DNA of 64,000 nt from positions 1 through 64,000 of the IMG/VR virus record IMGVR_UViG_3300021431_000103. One strand, written 5' to 3'. Position 1 is the first letter of the stretch. Each line of letters starts with the position of its first letter. A program made the position numbers and the translations under genes. This document shows positions 31,818 through 42,570 of the stretch, in pieces. The notes beneath the pieces were generated by a model. It was not told the origin of the DNA. It was given only the letters and a program-made list of their open reading frames with translations, and did no database searches. Source of the stretch: a virus (Duplodnaviria; Caudoviricetes).

Positions 31818-32633
31818 ATGATGGATTTAACAGAAGCAATAGAAGTTCTAATAGAAAATAATTACATTCTCACAGAAGCCCAAATAGGGAACAAAGACAA
31901 AGCATACAAAGCATTGATGAAGTTGGCACACGAAGTTGATGATGCTGGCTATGAATTGTATGTAGTTGGTGGTGCGGTTAGAGATAAGTTAATGGGAAAG
32001 ACACCAAATGACTATGATTTGAACACCAACATGCCTGGAGAAGAATTCCTTGCTTTGTCTGACCCAGGAACAGGTAGAATAAATCACAGAAGAATCAAGG
32101 ACATCGCCCACATCGTAGTGGATGGTGAAGAATTTGAATGCTGTATACTTCGTGAAGGAGATGTGGTTGACCAGCAAAGAAGGAGTGACATTACCATTGG
32201 TAGCCTTATATGGAATCCATTGACAAACGAGATAATTGATGCTACTGGATATGGTAAACAGGACATAAAGAACAAAGTCATCAGGATTACTGATTTTATG
32301 AAAGATCAGATGCTTCGTGGTAGACAGATTGAAATTATGTGGAGAGTGTTCAAGGCATATGCCCAATTTGGTTGGAAAATTGAACCTGAGAGTTTAGATG
32401 TCATAAAGAAAATGATAGAATTTAGGGATGGTCAAGTCCATGTGTTTGATTTGTTGAAAGAAAGAATAATGACTTTGCCACATAAACAGAAAGTTTTTGA
32501 TTTGTGTAAGGAACTTGGTATATACGAAGATCTATTTGGTAAGAATCCAAAGAAACTAAGTGATGGTAATAAGGACTGGACAAAGAAAGATGTAACTGAT
32601 ATAAACCTTTACAATTATAGGAAGAACAAATAA
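31818..32633 (+). CDS. tRNA nucleotidyltransferase / poly(A) polymerase head-domain protein
   Basis: YVVGGAVRD..G..PNDYDL, RRSDITI motifs; CATAAATA upstream. Confidence 0.8.
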   Translation: MMDLTEAIEVLIENNYILTEAQIGNKDKAYKALMKLAHEVDDAGYELYVVGGAVRDKLMGKTPNDYDLNTNMPGEEFLALSDPGTGRINHRRIKDIAHIVVDGEEFECCILREGDVVDQQRRSDITIGSLIWNPLTNEIIDATGYGKQDIKNKVIRITDFMKDQMLRGRQIEIMWRVFKAYAQFGWKIEPESLDVIKKMIEFRDGQVHVFDLLKERIMTLPHKQKVFDLCKELGIYEDLFGKNPKKLSDGNKDWTKKDVTDINLYNYRKNK

Positions 32634-35600
32634 TGCCAGTTGGAATTAAGACAATCGTCAGTGATAGAGCCAAGAACAAAGGTCAAGAAGTCAAAGTCAA
32701 GTCATACTATTTTGAAAAAGGTATGAAACCATTGGCAGTAATATATGGTTGTTTTTCACCATTTACAGGTGCTAATGGACATGGAAGATTGTTAGAAGCA
32801 GCAGCAAAGATGGGTATCAAAGATTTCTTGATAGTAATTCCAAGTAAAGCAGTTACCTATGATGATGACCGTAATATGTTCAACAACAAGCAGAAACTTG
32901 AAATAGCAATGAAAGGTGCTAAGGAACTTGGTTACAATGTGGTTGATGGTTTTGTAAATTCTACAACAACAGACCCATACAGATTACTTCGTGATATAGC
33001 AGAACAATACCCAGATCGTAGAATAGTGTTGGTATGTGGCCCAGATAGAGCAAAAGACTATAGTAAGTATTGTGTGCCATACAACAAGAATTATGTTGCC
33101 TCACTTGATGATGGCGAGAATGTACCTAGCAAATTTGAATACATTGTTTTGCCTGATAGAGGTTCTACAGAAACATCTGGAACTAAAGTTCGTAAAGCAA
33201 TTAGAGACAATGATGAAGAAATGTTCAGAACATTGACTGGCTATTCACACGAAATGTGGGATTGGTTAAGGAAAATGGCAACTTCAAACAAGGAAAATGC
33301 CAATGTTAGTGTAGACTTGAACAAGCAACTAGCACAAGGAGCTAGAAGAGGTATCAAGCATCTATATAACCCAGGTAATGGTGCTGAACTGGATGCTCTT
33401 GGTTTCCTTGAACTGGTTGACGAATTGAACAAGACAGGTGGTATTCTAGAGAACGAAAAGAACATCAACATTACTGAGAAGGCAGATGGAACTGCATTTG
33501 CTTTTGGTATAGATGATGAAGGACAATTCTTTACTATGAAGAGCAAAGGTGCTCCTAGATACTCAGCTAATGAAATTATACAGAGATGTTTGGCAGGTAC
33601 CGAGCAAAAACAAGGCAAAGCAATCGTAACTGTTGATGCAATGAATACAGCAAAGATGTTCAAGAAACTTGAAATCAATACAAAAATTCAAAAAATCTTG
33701 ATTGACATCGCAAATAAATATGGTTCTTCAAAAGTCACATCTGAAATGATGTTGACTGGTAGTGGAATGATAAACAAGAAAACAAATCAGATTAGATTTG
33801 TTGGAACTAATTATGATATTGATAAATTGGGTACATTTGCAACATTGGTTATCATTAAGGTCACAGATGTTTATGACAATCCTGTTTCAAATGCAAATCA
33901 AATTATTGATGAACTTTGTGACTGTTCTACACCAGAATTAAAAATTGAGAATACAAAATTAGAAAAAGTAAAACCAATTGATATATCTGGACAATTAAAA
34001 GTAATCAATAAGGAAATTAAGGACATTGATGATGCTTTAAAAGAACAACAAGGACTATCAATCAAAGAAGTTCTTGAATCAAAAGTTATGACAAAAACTG
34101 CTAAAGAAATAAAAAGAAATGTAAAAAATAGCATCAATAAGCTACAAAAAATCCTAAACGATGCATTGGTTGAAGCATTGAAGGAAGTTGGTGGTAAATG
34201 GGGAAGTGATTACGAAGGACGAGTTTTCCAATTTGGAAATGGCCAGATGGTAAAAATTACTACAGATAAATTTAAGGAATTCAAAGCACAACATACAATG
34301 GATTTCCTTGACAACAAGTCTAAACCATTTACTGGAAATTGGAATAGAGAATTGGATTCTATTAAAGAGAGTAAAAAGATGAAAAATTTTATGGATTATC
34401 TCATTGAACAGACAAATCCTTCATTGAATGAAAGATTTGAAGGTGACATGCTTGTAATGTACAATTCTTCAAAGGACGAATCATTTGAAAGATTTTTCTT
34501 TGATAAGTCATTGAGATTTGCCAACAATGCAGGAAATATGTATGGCCTTGGAATTTATACTGTTCTTGAACTACCAAAAGATTCTGGAACATCATTCTCA
34601 GACAAAGTGAGAAATAACTTGTATGGCACCTATATTTACGAATTGAAAGCCCCAAGTGATAGATTCTTCTATTTCCTTTATGACTATTTTGTAAAATCTG
34701 CTTTGTATTCAAAACTTGGTTCACCATCTGAAAAGGACTATATCAAAAAACAGTTTGAGTATTTTAAGATTGATATGCCAACAGATGAAGAATTGGAAAC
34801 AATGACACCAAGTGAAACTATCAATCCAAGTAAAGCAGCATACCACTTCTATAAGTATATGCATAACATCTATTACCAGAGAAAAGATGGTACATTGAAT
34901 TGTCCTATAACTGGTTTCGTATATTTTGGAAAGAACGATGGTTATGTAGGTGTGGTCTGGTCGCCATACAGATGTAAATTGACAAGGAAACTTGTTGATG
35001 GAAAATGGGAGAAAATCAAGGATTACACATCTGACGAAACAGAAGAAGATGACATTGAATCAAGAATTTTTGATGGACATAAGACAGAAGAAAAAGAAAA
35101 GATTTATAGACTATTACAAGCATACCGTGGTGAGAATGTGCCTATAGGAAATATAGTGAACATCAAGATACACGATGATAAGACAATAGATTTTACATTC
35201 AAAGCCAATAATCCACAGGCAGATGGCTATAGACACTGTTACTTGATAATTGACAATCCATATATGGATAAGATTTTGAGCTTGGGTTATAGAATTGGTA
35301 CACTTGATGGCTGGGTTAAGATGGGTGATTCTACACAAGCCAAAGAAACGAAAATGTATTTGCCAAGTGAAGCACCAAAAGAGAAATTACCAATGAGAGT
35401 AACTGAAGGAATCTATTTAACTGGTATGCCAGTAACAGATAAAGAGATTAAAGCTTGTAAGAGAATCAATGTTGGTAATGGTTCGTTGGTAATTAGGAAG
35501 TCCGAAATCTTTACTGATGATCTTGGATTTGACAATGTAGAATTGAAAGATTGCATCATTGCAGACGATTGTTACGATACCATTGTTGATAAATACAAAT

Positions 35601-35788
35601 GTGTAGATGATAAAGGAGAACTTAGAGTTGAAAAGAAATCTGACTATGATGCAAAGATAGCTGCTAAAGAAGCCGCAAAGAAAGCAAAAGAAGAAGAAAA
35701 GAATAGAAAAGCAGAAGAAAAAGCTAGAAAGGCGGCAGAAAGAGAAGCTAAAAGACTAGAGAAAGAAACAAAGAAGAAGGGTAAGTAA
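32633..35788 (+). CDS. Large multidomain protein: cytidylyltransferase-like + RNA-ligase-like nucleotidyltransferase + ART-like domain
   Basis: PFTGANGH (HIGH-like), VCGPDR, SGTKVR; TEKADG; GNMYGLGIYT; K/E-rich tail. Confidence 0.55.
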   Translation: MPVGIKTIVSDRAKNKGQEVKVKSYYFEKGMKPLAVIYGCFSPFTGANGHGRLLEAAAKMGIKDFLIVIPSKAVTYDDDRNMFNNKQKLEIAMKGAKELGYNVVDGFVNSTTTDPYRLLRDIAEQYPDRRIVLVCGPDRAKDYSKYCVPYNKNYVASLDDGENVPSKFEYIVLPDRGSTETSGTKVRKAIRDNDEEMFRTLTGYSHEMWDWLRKMATSNKENANVSVDLNKQLAQGARRGIKHLYNPGNGAELDALGFLELVDELNKTGGILENEKNINITEKADGTAFAFGIDDEGQFFTMKSKGAPRYSANEIIQRCLAGTEQKQGKAIVTVDAMNTAKMFKKLEINTKIQKILIDIANKYGSSKVTSEMMLTGSGMINKKTNQIRFVGTNYDIDKLGTFATLVIIKVTDVYDNPVSNANQIIDELCDCSTPELKIENTKLEKVKPIDISGQLKVINKEIKDIDDALKEQQGLSIKEVLESKVMTKTAKEIKRNVKNSINKLQKILNDALVEALKEVGGKWGSDYEGRVFQFGNGQMVKITTDKFKEFKAQHTMDFLDNKSKPFTGNWNRELDSIKESKKMKNFMDYLIEQTNPSLNERFEGDMLVMYNSSKDESFERFFFDKSLRFANNAGNMYGLGIYTVLELPKDSGTSFSDKVRNNLYGTYIYELKAPSDRFFYFLYDYFVKSALYSKLGSPSEKDYIKKQFEYFKIDMPTDEELETMTPSETINPSKAAYHFYKYMHNIYYQRKDGTLNCPITGFVYFGKNDGYVGVVWSPYRCKLTRKLVDGKWEKIKDYTSDETEEDDIESRIFDGHKTEEKEKIYRLLQAYRGENVPIGNIVNIKIHDDKTIDFTFKANNPQADGYRHCYLIIDNPYMDKILSLGYRIGTLDGWVKMGDSTQAKETKMYLPSEAPKEKLPMRVTEGIYLTGMPVTDKEIKACKRINVGNGSLVIRKSEIFTDDLGFDNVELKDCIIADDCYDTIVDKYKCVDDKGELRVEKKSDYDAKIAAKEAAKKAKEEEKNRKAEEKARKAAEREAKRLEKETKKKGK

Positions 35789-35789
35789 T

Positions 35790-37472
35790 ATGATTGGAAA
35801 ATTTACAGAATGGCTACTTGAGAATACTGATTTGTTGAATGAAAAAATCTGTTCTGGTGCAGGAACATGGCCTATAATAGAATTAAAAGATATAGGTATA
35901 GAAGTAACTGATGTTGAATTAAAAAAAGCAATAGCATTTATAATCAATAATATACCTAAAAATAAAGTACAATTTATTAAATTAAATCCAAATAATACAA
36001 CTGTAAATGAAATTTATATAGCTGTTGATGCAAATAAAAGATCAACTACACATGAAGATAGAAAAAAATTATATGAAATCTTTTTTGAAAACACGGGTAT
36101 AAAAGAAGATTCAGATGAAAAAAGTTTTTTATTTAAGGGTTGTAAATATATTTCATTAGATAAAAATTTCCTTGAAAAATTGGATTATCAAATAGAATTT
36201 GAAGGAAAACTAAAACAATATGGAAATAATTTAAAAGATGTTATAACTGGTGACCAAAATTCATCAGTTAATTTTGGTAGTTATTATATAAAAAATGGAA
36301 TTATCTATATTGACAATATATTCAAATTCAAATTTGAGCCAAGTGGAATGGCAGTTAATTCTGATTATATAAAAAGCACAATAAAATATGCAAATGTATT
36401 ATTAGATAAATTAGAAAATAAAACAATTAGCACGGTTGAAATAGATAATTTAAGAAAAACTATATTAAATAACATTAAATCTATAAAAGCACCAAATATA
36501 GAATATGAAATTTATGAAAAATTATTAGGTAAATATAATTCTAGTGTTAATACTTCAGATTTTTATACAGAAAAGTATAAATTATCTAATGGAAAAACTC
36601 TTGGAGAAACATTATATAATTCTGATATAATGACCGTAGCAAGTGAAATTTTAATACCTTATATGTTATTAGCTGGTGTTAAAACTATTGACGGTAGTGA
36701 TATAATCAAAGCATTTGCTGGTGATTCTAAAAATAAAACAGTTCAAGCAATTAAATACCCAGAATCAAATACTAATTTCTTTGCTGATTATTCTGTAGTA
36801 TTCGTTAAAGATAATAAAACTAATGATATAGAAGAATATAAAGTATCTTCAAAAACTGGTGCAGGTAATGCTATGAGTTTATATACTTTATATCGTAAAC
36901 ATCCAGAACAATTTGAAGGAGCAAAAGGTTTACTTAAGGAAATAATTAATTATTGTAAAAATAAAAAACTTATAATAAGCAAATTTGTATGGATTGCTGG
37001 TGCTATAGCAAAAGGAATGTCATATGAACAAATTGATAAATTATTAGAAATTCATGATAAACTTATTGAAGAATTACCTAAAAAATATATATTTGAAGAA
37101 TTAAATAAATTAGGTATAAAAGGAAAAGAATTACCTTATCCATATTCATTAACAGACTATTTTAATAAAATAGCATGTGATGAATTAAATAAAGATAAAG
37201 CCGCAAAAGATATAGTATTAAAAATTATTTTTGGTAATGAAGAAAATGTACAAATATACATTACACCAATGGCTAAAAATTTTAATATAAAAATAGTAAG
37301 TAATAAAAAAGAAAAAAGACCTACATTAACATTCAAGAAAGGTTCTTCAAGTCCAGGAACTGATAAATTCAAAAATAAAAAATCATTAGAAGACATTGGA
37401 TTGGTTGCTTTGAATAATCAATTAAAATATGCTAACGCTAATGGTTCAATGTTAGGATTACAATTTGAATAA
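35790..37472 (+). CDS. Putative PD-(D/E)xK nuclease (restriction-endonuclease-like)
   Basis: YPESN...ADY...YKVSSK pattern; very AT-rich; abuts methyltransferase. Confidence 0.4.
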   Translation: MIGKFTEWLLENTDLLNEKICSGAGTWPIIELKDIGIEVTDVELKKAIAFIINNIPKNKVQFIKLNPNNTTVNEIYIAVDANKRSTTHEDRKKLYEIFFENTGIKEDSDEKSFLFKGCKYISLDKNFLEKLDYQIEFEGKLKQYGNNLKDVITGDQNSSVNFGSYYIKNGIIYIDNIFKFKFEPSGMAVNSDYIKSTIKYANVLLDKLENKTISTVEIDNLRKTILNNIKSIKAPNIEYEIYEKLLGKYNSSVNTSDFYTEKYKLSNGKTLGETLYNSDIMTVASEILIPYMLLAGVKTIDGSDIIKAFAGDSKNKTVQAIKYPESNTNFFADYSVVFVKDNKTNDIEEYKVSSKTGAGNAMSLYTLYRKHPEQFEGAKGLLKEIINYCKNKKLIISKFVWIAGAIAKGMSYEQIDKLLEIHDKLIEELPKKYIFEELNKLGIKGKELPYPYSLTDYFNKIACDELNKDKAAKDIVLKIIFGNEENVQIYITPMAKNFNIKIVSNKKEKRPTLTFKKGSSSPGTDKFKNKKSLEDIGLVALNNQLKYANANGSMLGLQFE

Positions 37473-38345
37473 ATGCTCTTAGATAAATTTTATACTTCAA
37501 AAGATATTTCAAAGAAGTGTGTAGATTTGCTACACACTTTCTTAACAGTCTCATCAACAGACATATATCTTGAACCAACGGCAGGTAATGGAGCATTTCT
37601 TGATTACTTGACCAATTACGAAGCATACGATTTGAAACCTGAAGATGATAGAATCAAGGAACAAGATATATTCACATTTGTACCAAATAGAACAGACTAC
37701 ATAACGATTGGTAATCTACCATTCGGTAAGAGGTCAAAGCTTGCAATTGATGTATTCAACACTGTTTCTAAGTATTCAAATGTAATTGCTTTTGTTGTAC
37801 CTATATCGTTCTTGAAATACAATGTACAGAAACAGTTAGACAGCGATTTCAAGTTGATTCATAATTGGAAATTACCAAAGAAATCTTTTCTCGTAAAGAA
37901 CAAACCATACGATGTGAACTGTGTATTTCAAATTTGGGTAAAGAAAAATTGTAAGTATGATATACATCCTGATATTCGTCTAACAAGAAAGCCAAGTATG
38001 AAATGTGATGATTTTAAGATATGGCAATACAATGCGACAGATTCACAATTCAAAAATGTAGAACAGGATTGGGAGATGGAGATAGCGGTATATCGTCAAG
38101 GATATAAGGACTACAGTAAGAAGTTTACACAGGCCGACAAAGATCAAGTGATAGCAGAAATGAATGGAAGTTCAACAGGAACTAAAGTTCAATTTTTCTT
38201 CATAAAGCCATTGAATGATACTGCTAAATCAATAATATATAATATGGATTTTAAAAAATTAGCTTGTAGAAATACTAGCATACCAGGTTTTGGAAAAGCC
38301 GATTTTGTTGATTATTATAATGAATTAAAAGAAGATCAAAAATAA
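37473..38345 (+). CDS. DNA adenine methyltransferase (gamma-type order)
   Basis: DKFYT, LEPTAGNGAF, IGNLPFG motifs. Confidence 0.8.
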   Translation: MLLDKFYTSKDISKKCVDLLHTFLTVSSTDIYLEPTAGNGAFLDYLTNYEAYDLKPEDDRIKEQDIFTFVPNRTDYITIGNLPFGKRSKLAIDVFNTVSKYSNVIAFVVPISFLKYNVQKQLDSDFKLIHNWKLPKKSFLVKNKPYDVNCVFQIWVKKNCKYDIHPDIRLTRKPSMKCDDFKIWQYNATDSQFKNVEQDWEMEIAVYRQGYKDYSKKFTQADKDQVIAEMNGSSTGTKVQFFFIKPLNDTAKSIIYNMDFKKLACRNTSIPGFGKADFVDYYNELKEDQK

Positions 38346-38409
38346 AAATTAATTTGTAACAAAACTATTGAATTTTTATATTTTTGAACATTATTTGTGA
38401 GGTGAAATT

Positions 38410-39189
38410 ATGATTAAACCAGACATACACATTGAATTGTGGAATGCTTTTAACGATATAAGTTTTAATGAACCAGACCATAAGTATACAGATTCTAAAG
38501 GTACTGAATATAGTTCTGCTACAGGTTGGATTAAGCAATTTGAACCAGATACAGACTGGACAGAAATCAAAGCAAGAAAAGCTGCCAAAGAAGGTATCAC
38601 AGTAGATGAACTAACGAAGCAATGGGATAGAAAAAGCAACTATGCCACCAATCTCGGTACACAGGTTCACTCTGTAATGGAATACCGGTTGGCAAAAGAA
38701 GAATTACAATTTTGATAAGAGATTGAATGAACAATTTCCTGAGATGGAAGAAGATTTCAATTATAGGAAAACTGTATGTAAACAAATCTTTGACAAGATG
38801 AAAAAGATTTATGTTCCAATAGCAAATGAATTTATTGTATATGACCAGGAAAATGCTATATGCCGGAACGATAGATATGATCCGGTTACAATACTAAAAA
38901 AGATTGCTATTCCATAATTGACTGGAAAACAAGCAAGAAATTTGATACTGGCAACCAATACTCAAAATATATGAAAGATCCATTTGGTCATGTGGTGGCT
39001 TGTAACACAAGTGAATACTCACTTCAGCTTTCTCTCTACAAATACATTCTAGAAAAATATACATCAATACGCATTGGTGAATTGGTATTGTTCCAAATTC
39101 CTGGTAAAGAGAATCCAATGCCACAAGTCTACAGATGCATGGATTTTTCTAGTCAGATTAAAGAATTCTTTGAAAAGAAAGTTCAATAA
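38410..39189 (+). CDS. PD-(D/E)xK exonuclease (Cas4/lambda-exo-like); +1 sites at 38686 (CGG-T), 38864 (CGG-A), 38883 (CGG-T)
   Basis: GTQVH, C[C]GTIDMI[C]GY, IIDWKT, YSLQLSLY; three ORF pieces join only by skipping these Cs. Confidence 0.85.
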
Positions 39190-39251
39190 TAACAAATAGA
39201 CAATCAAAAATCTATTGTATTTTAAGCCATTGTTTTTATAATTAGTGGCAT

Positions 39252-39641
39252 ATGGAAATACAGTGCTATACAAAAGATAAGACAGAAACTTCGTTTAATA
39301 AGTTCTATATCCCAGATGACTTGAGCAATGTTCAAGTAAATCTTCAATTGAATGATGGAAAAAACAGTTCAAGTGGATTGGGTAACATCAATTTTACTTG
39401 GGATGTTGATATATCTCAACTTAAATCAGATTACTGTGGCGAATACTTACCATCTAAATCTGAATACTTGAATTTTTACGAGATTGCTTATGTCACAGTA
39501 AACAATAAAGACAAGTTCGTAATCAAGAAAGAACAAGATGCTTATGATTTGTATAAGTATTTTACTGGCATTGACCTCAATCTATATTTGAAACAGTTCA
39601 GAACATTGGATAAGACAAACACCATAAAGGATGATTTTTAA
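39252..39641 (+). CDS. Hypothetical protein, xDF family
   Basis: Ends TIKDDF. Confidence 0.65.
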   Translation: MEIQCYTKDKTETSFNKFYIPDDLSNVQVNLQLNDGKNSSSGLGNINFTWDVDISQLKSDYCGEYLPSKSEYLNFYEIAYVTVNNKDKFVIKKEQDAYDLYKYFTGIDLNLYLKQFRTLDKTNTIKDDF

Positions 39642-39643
39642 TA

Positions 39644-40063
39644 ATGAAGGATTGTAAGTTCTTATTGCCATTCGTTGAAGAACTGAAGAAACTGTACCCA
39701 GATCATAATATAGAATGGGTTAGGAATGACTACAATACTGAATACGAAGAAATCAAGATAGATGGTGTAACATACCTTAACACAGATATAGGTTATGGAG
39801 ATGCCATTGGTGATTTTGGTGAGAAGACTTTCCATGCCAATATAGTAGTTCATTTTTCAAATGTTAAAACTGAATATGATTTTGATGGTCTTCATATAGA
39901 AGATCCATACAATAACAAAGTACCACCAGTTTTCATAGGTATATTTGGTAGACATGATTGTCTACACAGGATTTTTGAATTCCTATTGTGCGAAGACCCA
40001 GAAATAATAAAGAAGGAAATGTCTAATCTGGTGAACATTGACAGATTGAATGGTGATTTTTAA
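39644..40063 (+). CDS. Hypothetical protein, xDF family
   Basis: Ends RLNGDF. Confidence 0.65.
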   Translation: MKDCKFLLPFVEELKKLYPDHNIEWVRNDYNTEYEEIKIDGVTYLNTDIGYGDAIGDFGEKTFHANIVVHFSNVKTEYDFDGLHIEDPYNNKVPPVFIGIFGRHDCLHRIFEFLLCEDPEIIKKEMSNLVNIDRLNGDF

Positions 40064-40136
40064 AGTTTAAAAAGTATCATTTGTATCATTTAAAAGGTAT
40101 TTGATTTATAAGGAAATTTAATATATTTGTTGTAAT

Positions 40137-41027
40137 ATGATTGATGATTTTATAGATATAGAGAAAGAACAAGAGAAGCAAAAGGTATTGTTGATTGATC
40201 TGCATAATCTGTGTATGCGACATTTGTTTGCTCAGATTCCAGATCCAACAGATGTCAGTTATACAGAATACAAGACCGGTATGCTAATGAGCATCCGAAA
40301 ACTGGTGAGAACATTCAAACCAGATAGAATGATTTTCTGTAAGGAATCGTTGGATGGAAATTGGCGTAAATCTATCTATCCAGATTACAAAGCAAATAGG
40401 GCATCTGAGAGAGCTTCATCTGTAGTGGATTTTGATAAGTTCTTTAAAATCAACAAGGAATTTTTGAGTGGACTTGAGAAGTGCATGAAAAATGCACAAT
40501 TCTTGACCATACCACATCTAGAAGCAGACGATTTAATTGCTTTGACTGTAATGAATGAATCCAATTGGGATATAACATTGGTATCTACAGACAAAGATTT
40601 TTACCAACTTCACGCTTATAAGAACTTCCGCCAATGGAATCCAATCAAGGAAGAATACATACAAATTTTGAATCCTGAAGCAGCATTGATGGAGAAGATT
40701 GTCCGTGGTGATAAGAGTGACAACATTCCATCATTGAAGAAAGGTGTTGGTACAAAAACCTTCGCAAAGATTTATCAGAATGGATTGAATGAATGGATTT
40801 CAATGAATATGCTACAGGAACAGTTTGACAGGAATACAAAACTTGTTTCGTTTAGATGCATACCAGAAGAATTCAAGATGCAAGTAAAGAATACAATAGA
40901 AGATTTTGAACAACATCCATTTGATTCTAGAGAATTTTTCAATTTTATAATTGCTGAAGGAATAGGATCATTTATGTCACAAGCAACAGAATTTATAAAC
41001 TACATGAATAACAAGGAGACCAAATAA
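40137..41027 (+). CDS. rnh: RNase H / 5'-3' exonuclease (T4 Rnh)
   Basis: LID..N, WRKSIYPDYKANR, LEADD, STDKDF, GDKSDNIP. Confidence 0.9.
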   Translation: MIDDFIDIEKEQEKQKVLLIDLHNLCMRHLFAQIPDPTDVSYTEYKTGMLMSIRKLVRTFKPDRMIFCKESLDGNWRKSIYPDYKANRASERASSVVDFDKFFKINKEFLSGLEKCMKNAQFLTIPHLEADDLIALTVMNESNWDITLVSTDKDFYQLHAYKNFRQWNPIKEEYIQILNPEAALMEKIVRGDKSDNIPSLKKGVGTKTFAKIYQNGLNEWISMNMLQEQFDRNTKLVSFRCIPEEFKMQVKNTIEDFEQHPFDSREFFNFIIAEGIGSFMSQATEFINYMNNKETK

Positions 41028-41028
41028 T

Positions 41029-42132
41029 ATGGCATACTACTACACAAAGTCCAACATTAAGATGACCAACCTCACAATCGTTTACAATATGGGCGGCTTG
41101 TTTGACCAGGAAGGACAACATGGAATTTCACATCTAATGGAACATTTGGTCTGTAAAACATTCAAGGACGAATATAGCGAACTACAGAAATACAACATTG
41201 ACTGGAACGCAATTACATCTAGTGACTATGTGAAGATCTATTTTACCGGAATGGAAAAGTATTTTACTGCAGATTGGAAACGCAGACTTGTAAAGAAGAT
41301 TTTGGGTGGTATCAACATTCCAAAGGAAGAATTCGAAGCAGAAAAACTTGTTGTGCTTCAAGAATATGGTGATACATTCAATGACCCTGCCAATGCAGAA
41401 AATACAATGAGAAAGTATTATGGTTATTACAATGCCATTGGTAAGAAAGAAGACATTGAAAAGTTTACATACAAGGACATGACTGCATACTACAACAAGT
41501 TCATGAAGAAACCTTCAAAGATTATTGAAATTGGTCCTTCAAAGACAGATTTTTCAAAAATTCCAATGAATGAAAATTTTGTAGTCCAGCCACAGAAGCC
41601 AAAGTTCAAGAAGAATTGGAAACTGGAACTTGAACCAGCACCAGAGAATCAAAAGAGCGATGTAAACTTCATTGGTAAGAAGGCCATTAGTAAGAGCGAT
41701 TATCCTGCTATGGCTATTGCTATGAATATGCTGTTTAATGGTCTTGAATCACCTGTATCATCTGACATCCGTGAGAAGCAACATTTGACTTATGGTGTTG
41801 GTTATGGCACTATCAAGTTTATTACTTATGGTTATCTCACCTTTGGTGCTTCTACTGACAAGGAAAACAAGGACAAGTTAATTGATGGTTTCAAGAAATT
41901 CACTGACAATGTTGAAAAGTATTTGAAGAAGAATCGTTATAAGGATACCATTTGTCAGATTGAAGTTGATAGAGAACATCGTAAGATTTTCAAATATACT
42001 GATGTAGATAAGATTATCAACAAGGGCAGATTACAGATTGGTAATGCTTACAAGAAAATGACTTTTGAAAAAGTAGTGGAAACAGCAAAGAAGTATTTTA
42101 CTACAGATAATTTTGAAATCATTGTTGAATAA
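41029..42132 (+). CDS. Peptidase M16 (insulinase) family
   Basis: GISHLMEH (HxxEH), NAIT, E..VV.QE, IREKQHLTYGV. Confidence 0.85.
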   Translation: MAYYYTKSNIKMTNLTIVYNMGGLFDQEGQHGISHLMEHLVCKTFKDEYSELQKYNIDWNAITSSDYVKIYFTGMEKYFTADWKRRLVKKILGGINIPKEEFEAEKLVVLQEYGDTFNDPANAENTMRKYYGYYNAIGKKEDIEKFTYKDMTAYYNKFMKKPSKIIEIGPSKTDFSKIPMNENFVVQPQKPKFKKNWKLELEPAPENQKSDVNFIGKKAISKSDYPAMAIAMNMLFNGLESPVSSDIREKQHLTYGVGYGTIKFITYGYLTFGASTDKENKDKLIDGFKKFTDNVEKYLKKNRYKDTICQIEVDREHRKIFKYTDVDKIINKGRLQIGNAYKKMTFEKVVETAKKYFTTDNFEIIVE

Positions 42133-42135
42133 TAT

Positions 42136-42570
42136 ATGGCAAAAACAATTACGATACAATACCTAAATGATAGTGTAACAAGACTTAAAAAGATTGAGAA
42201 AGGTGACTGGATTGATCTTTATGCAGCACATGATTACATTATCAAGAAAGGAGATTTTTGTTTAATCCATTTGGGTGTTGCTATGAAACTTCCAAGTGGA
42301 TATGAAGCACATCTTGCTCCTAGAAGTTCAACATATTCTAAGTTTGGTATAATACAAGCAAATCATATGGGTATCATAGACAATAGTTACTGTGGGCCTA
42401 GTGATTGGTGGTATTTTCCTGCGATTGCTCTTGAAAAAGATGTAGAAATTAAAAAGGGCGATAAGATATGCCAATTTAGAATTATGGAAAAACAACCAGA
42501 ACTTAAGTTTGTAGAAGGAAAAATGACAGATATAAATAGAGGTGGTTTTGGTTCTACAGGAAAAAGATGA
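42136..42570 (+). CDS. dut: Trimeric dUTPase
   Basis: [31 protein letters not shown]. Confidence 0.9.
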   Translation: MAKTITIQYLNDSVTRLKKIEKGDWIDLYAAHDYIIKKGDFCLIHLGVAMKLPSGYEAHLAPRSSTYSKFGIIQANHMGIIDNSYCGPSDWWYFPAIALEKDVEIKKGDKICQFRIMEKQPELKFVEGKMTDINRGGFGSTGKR

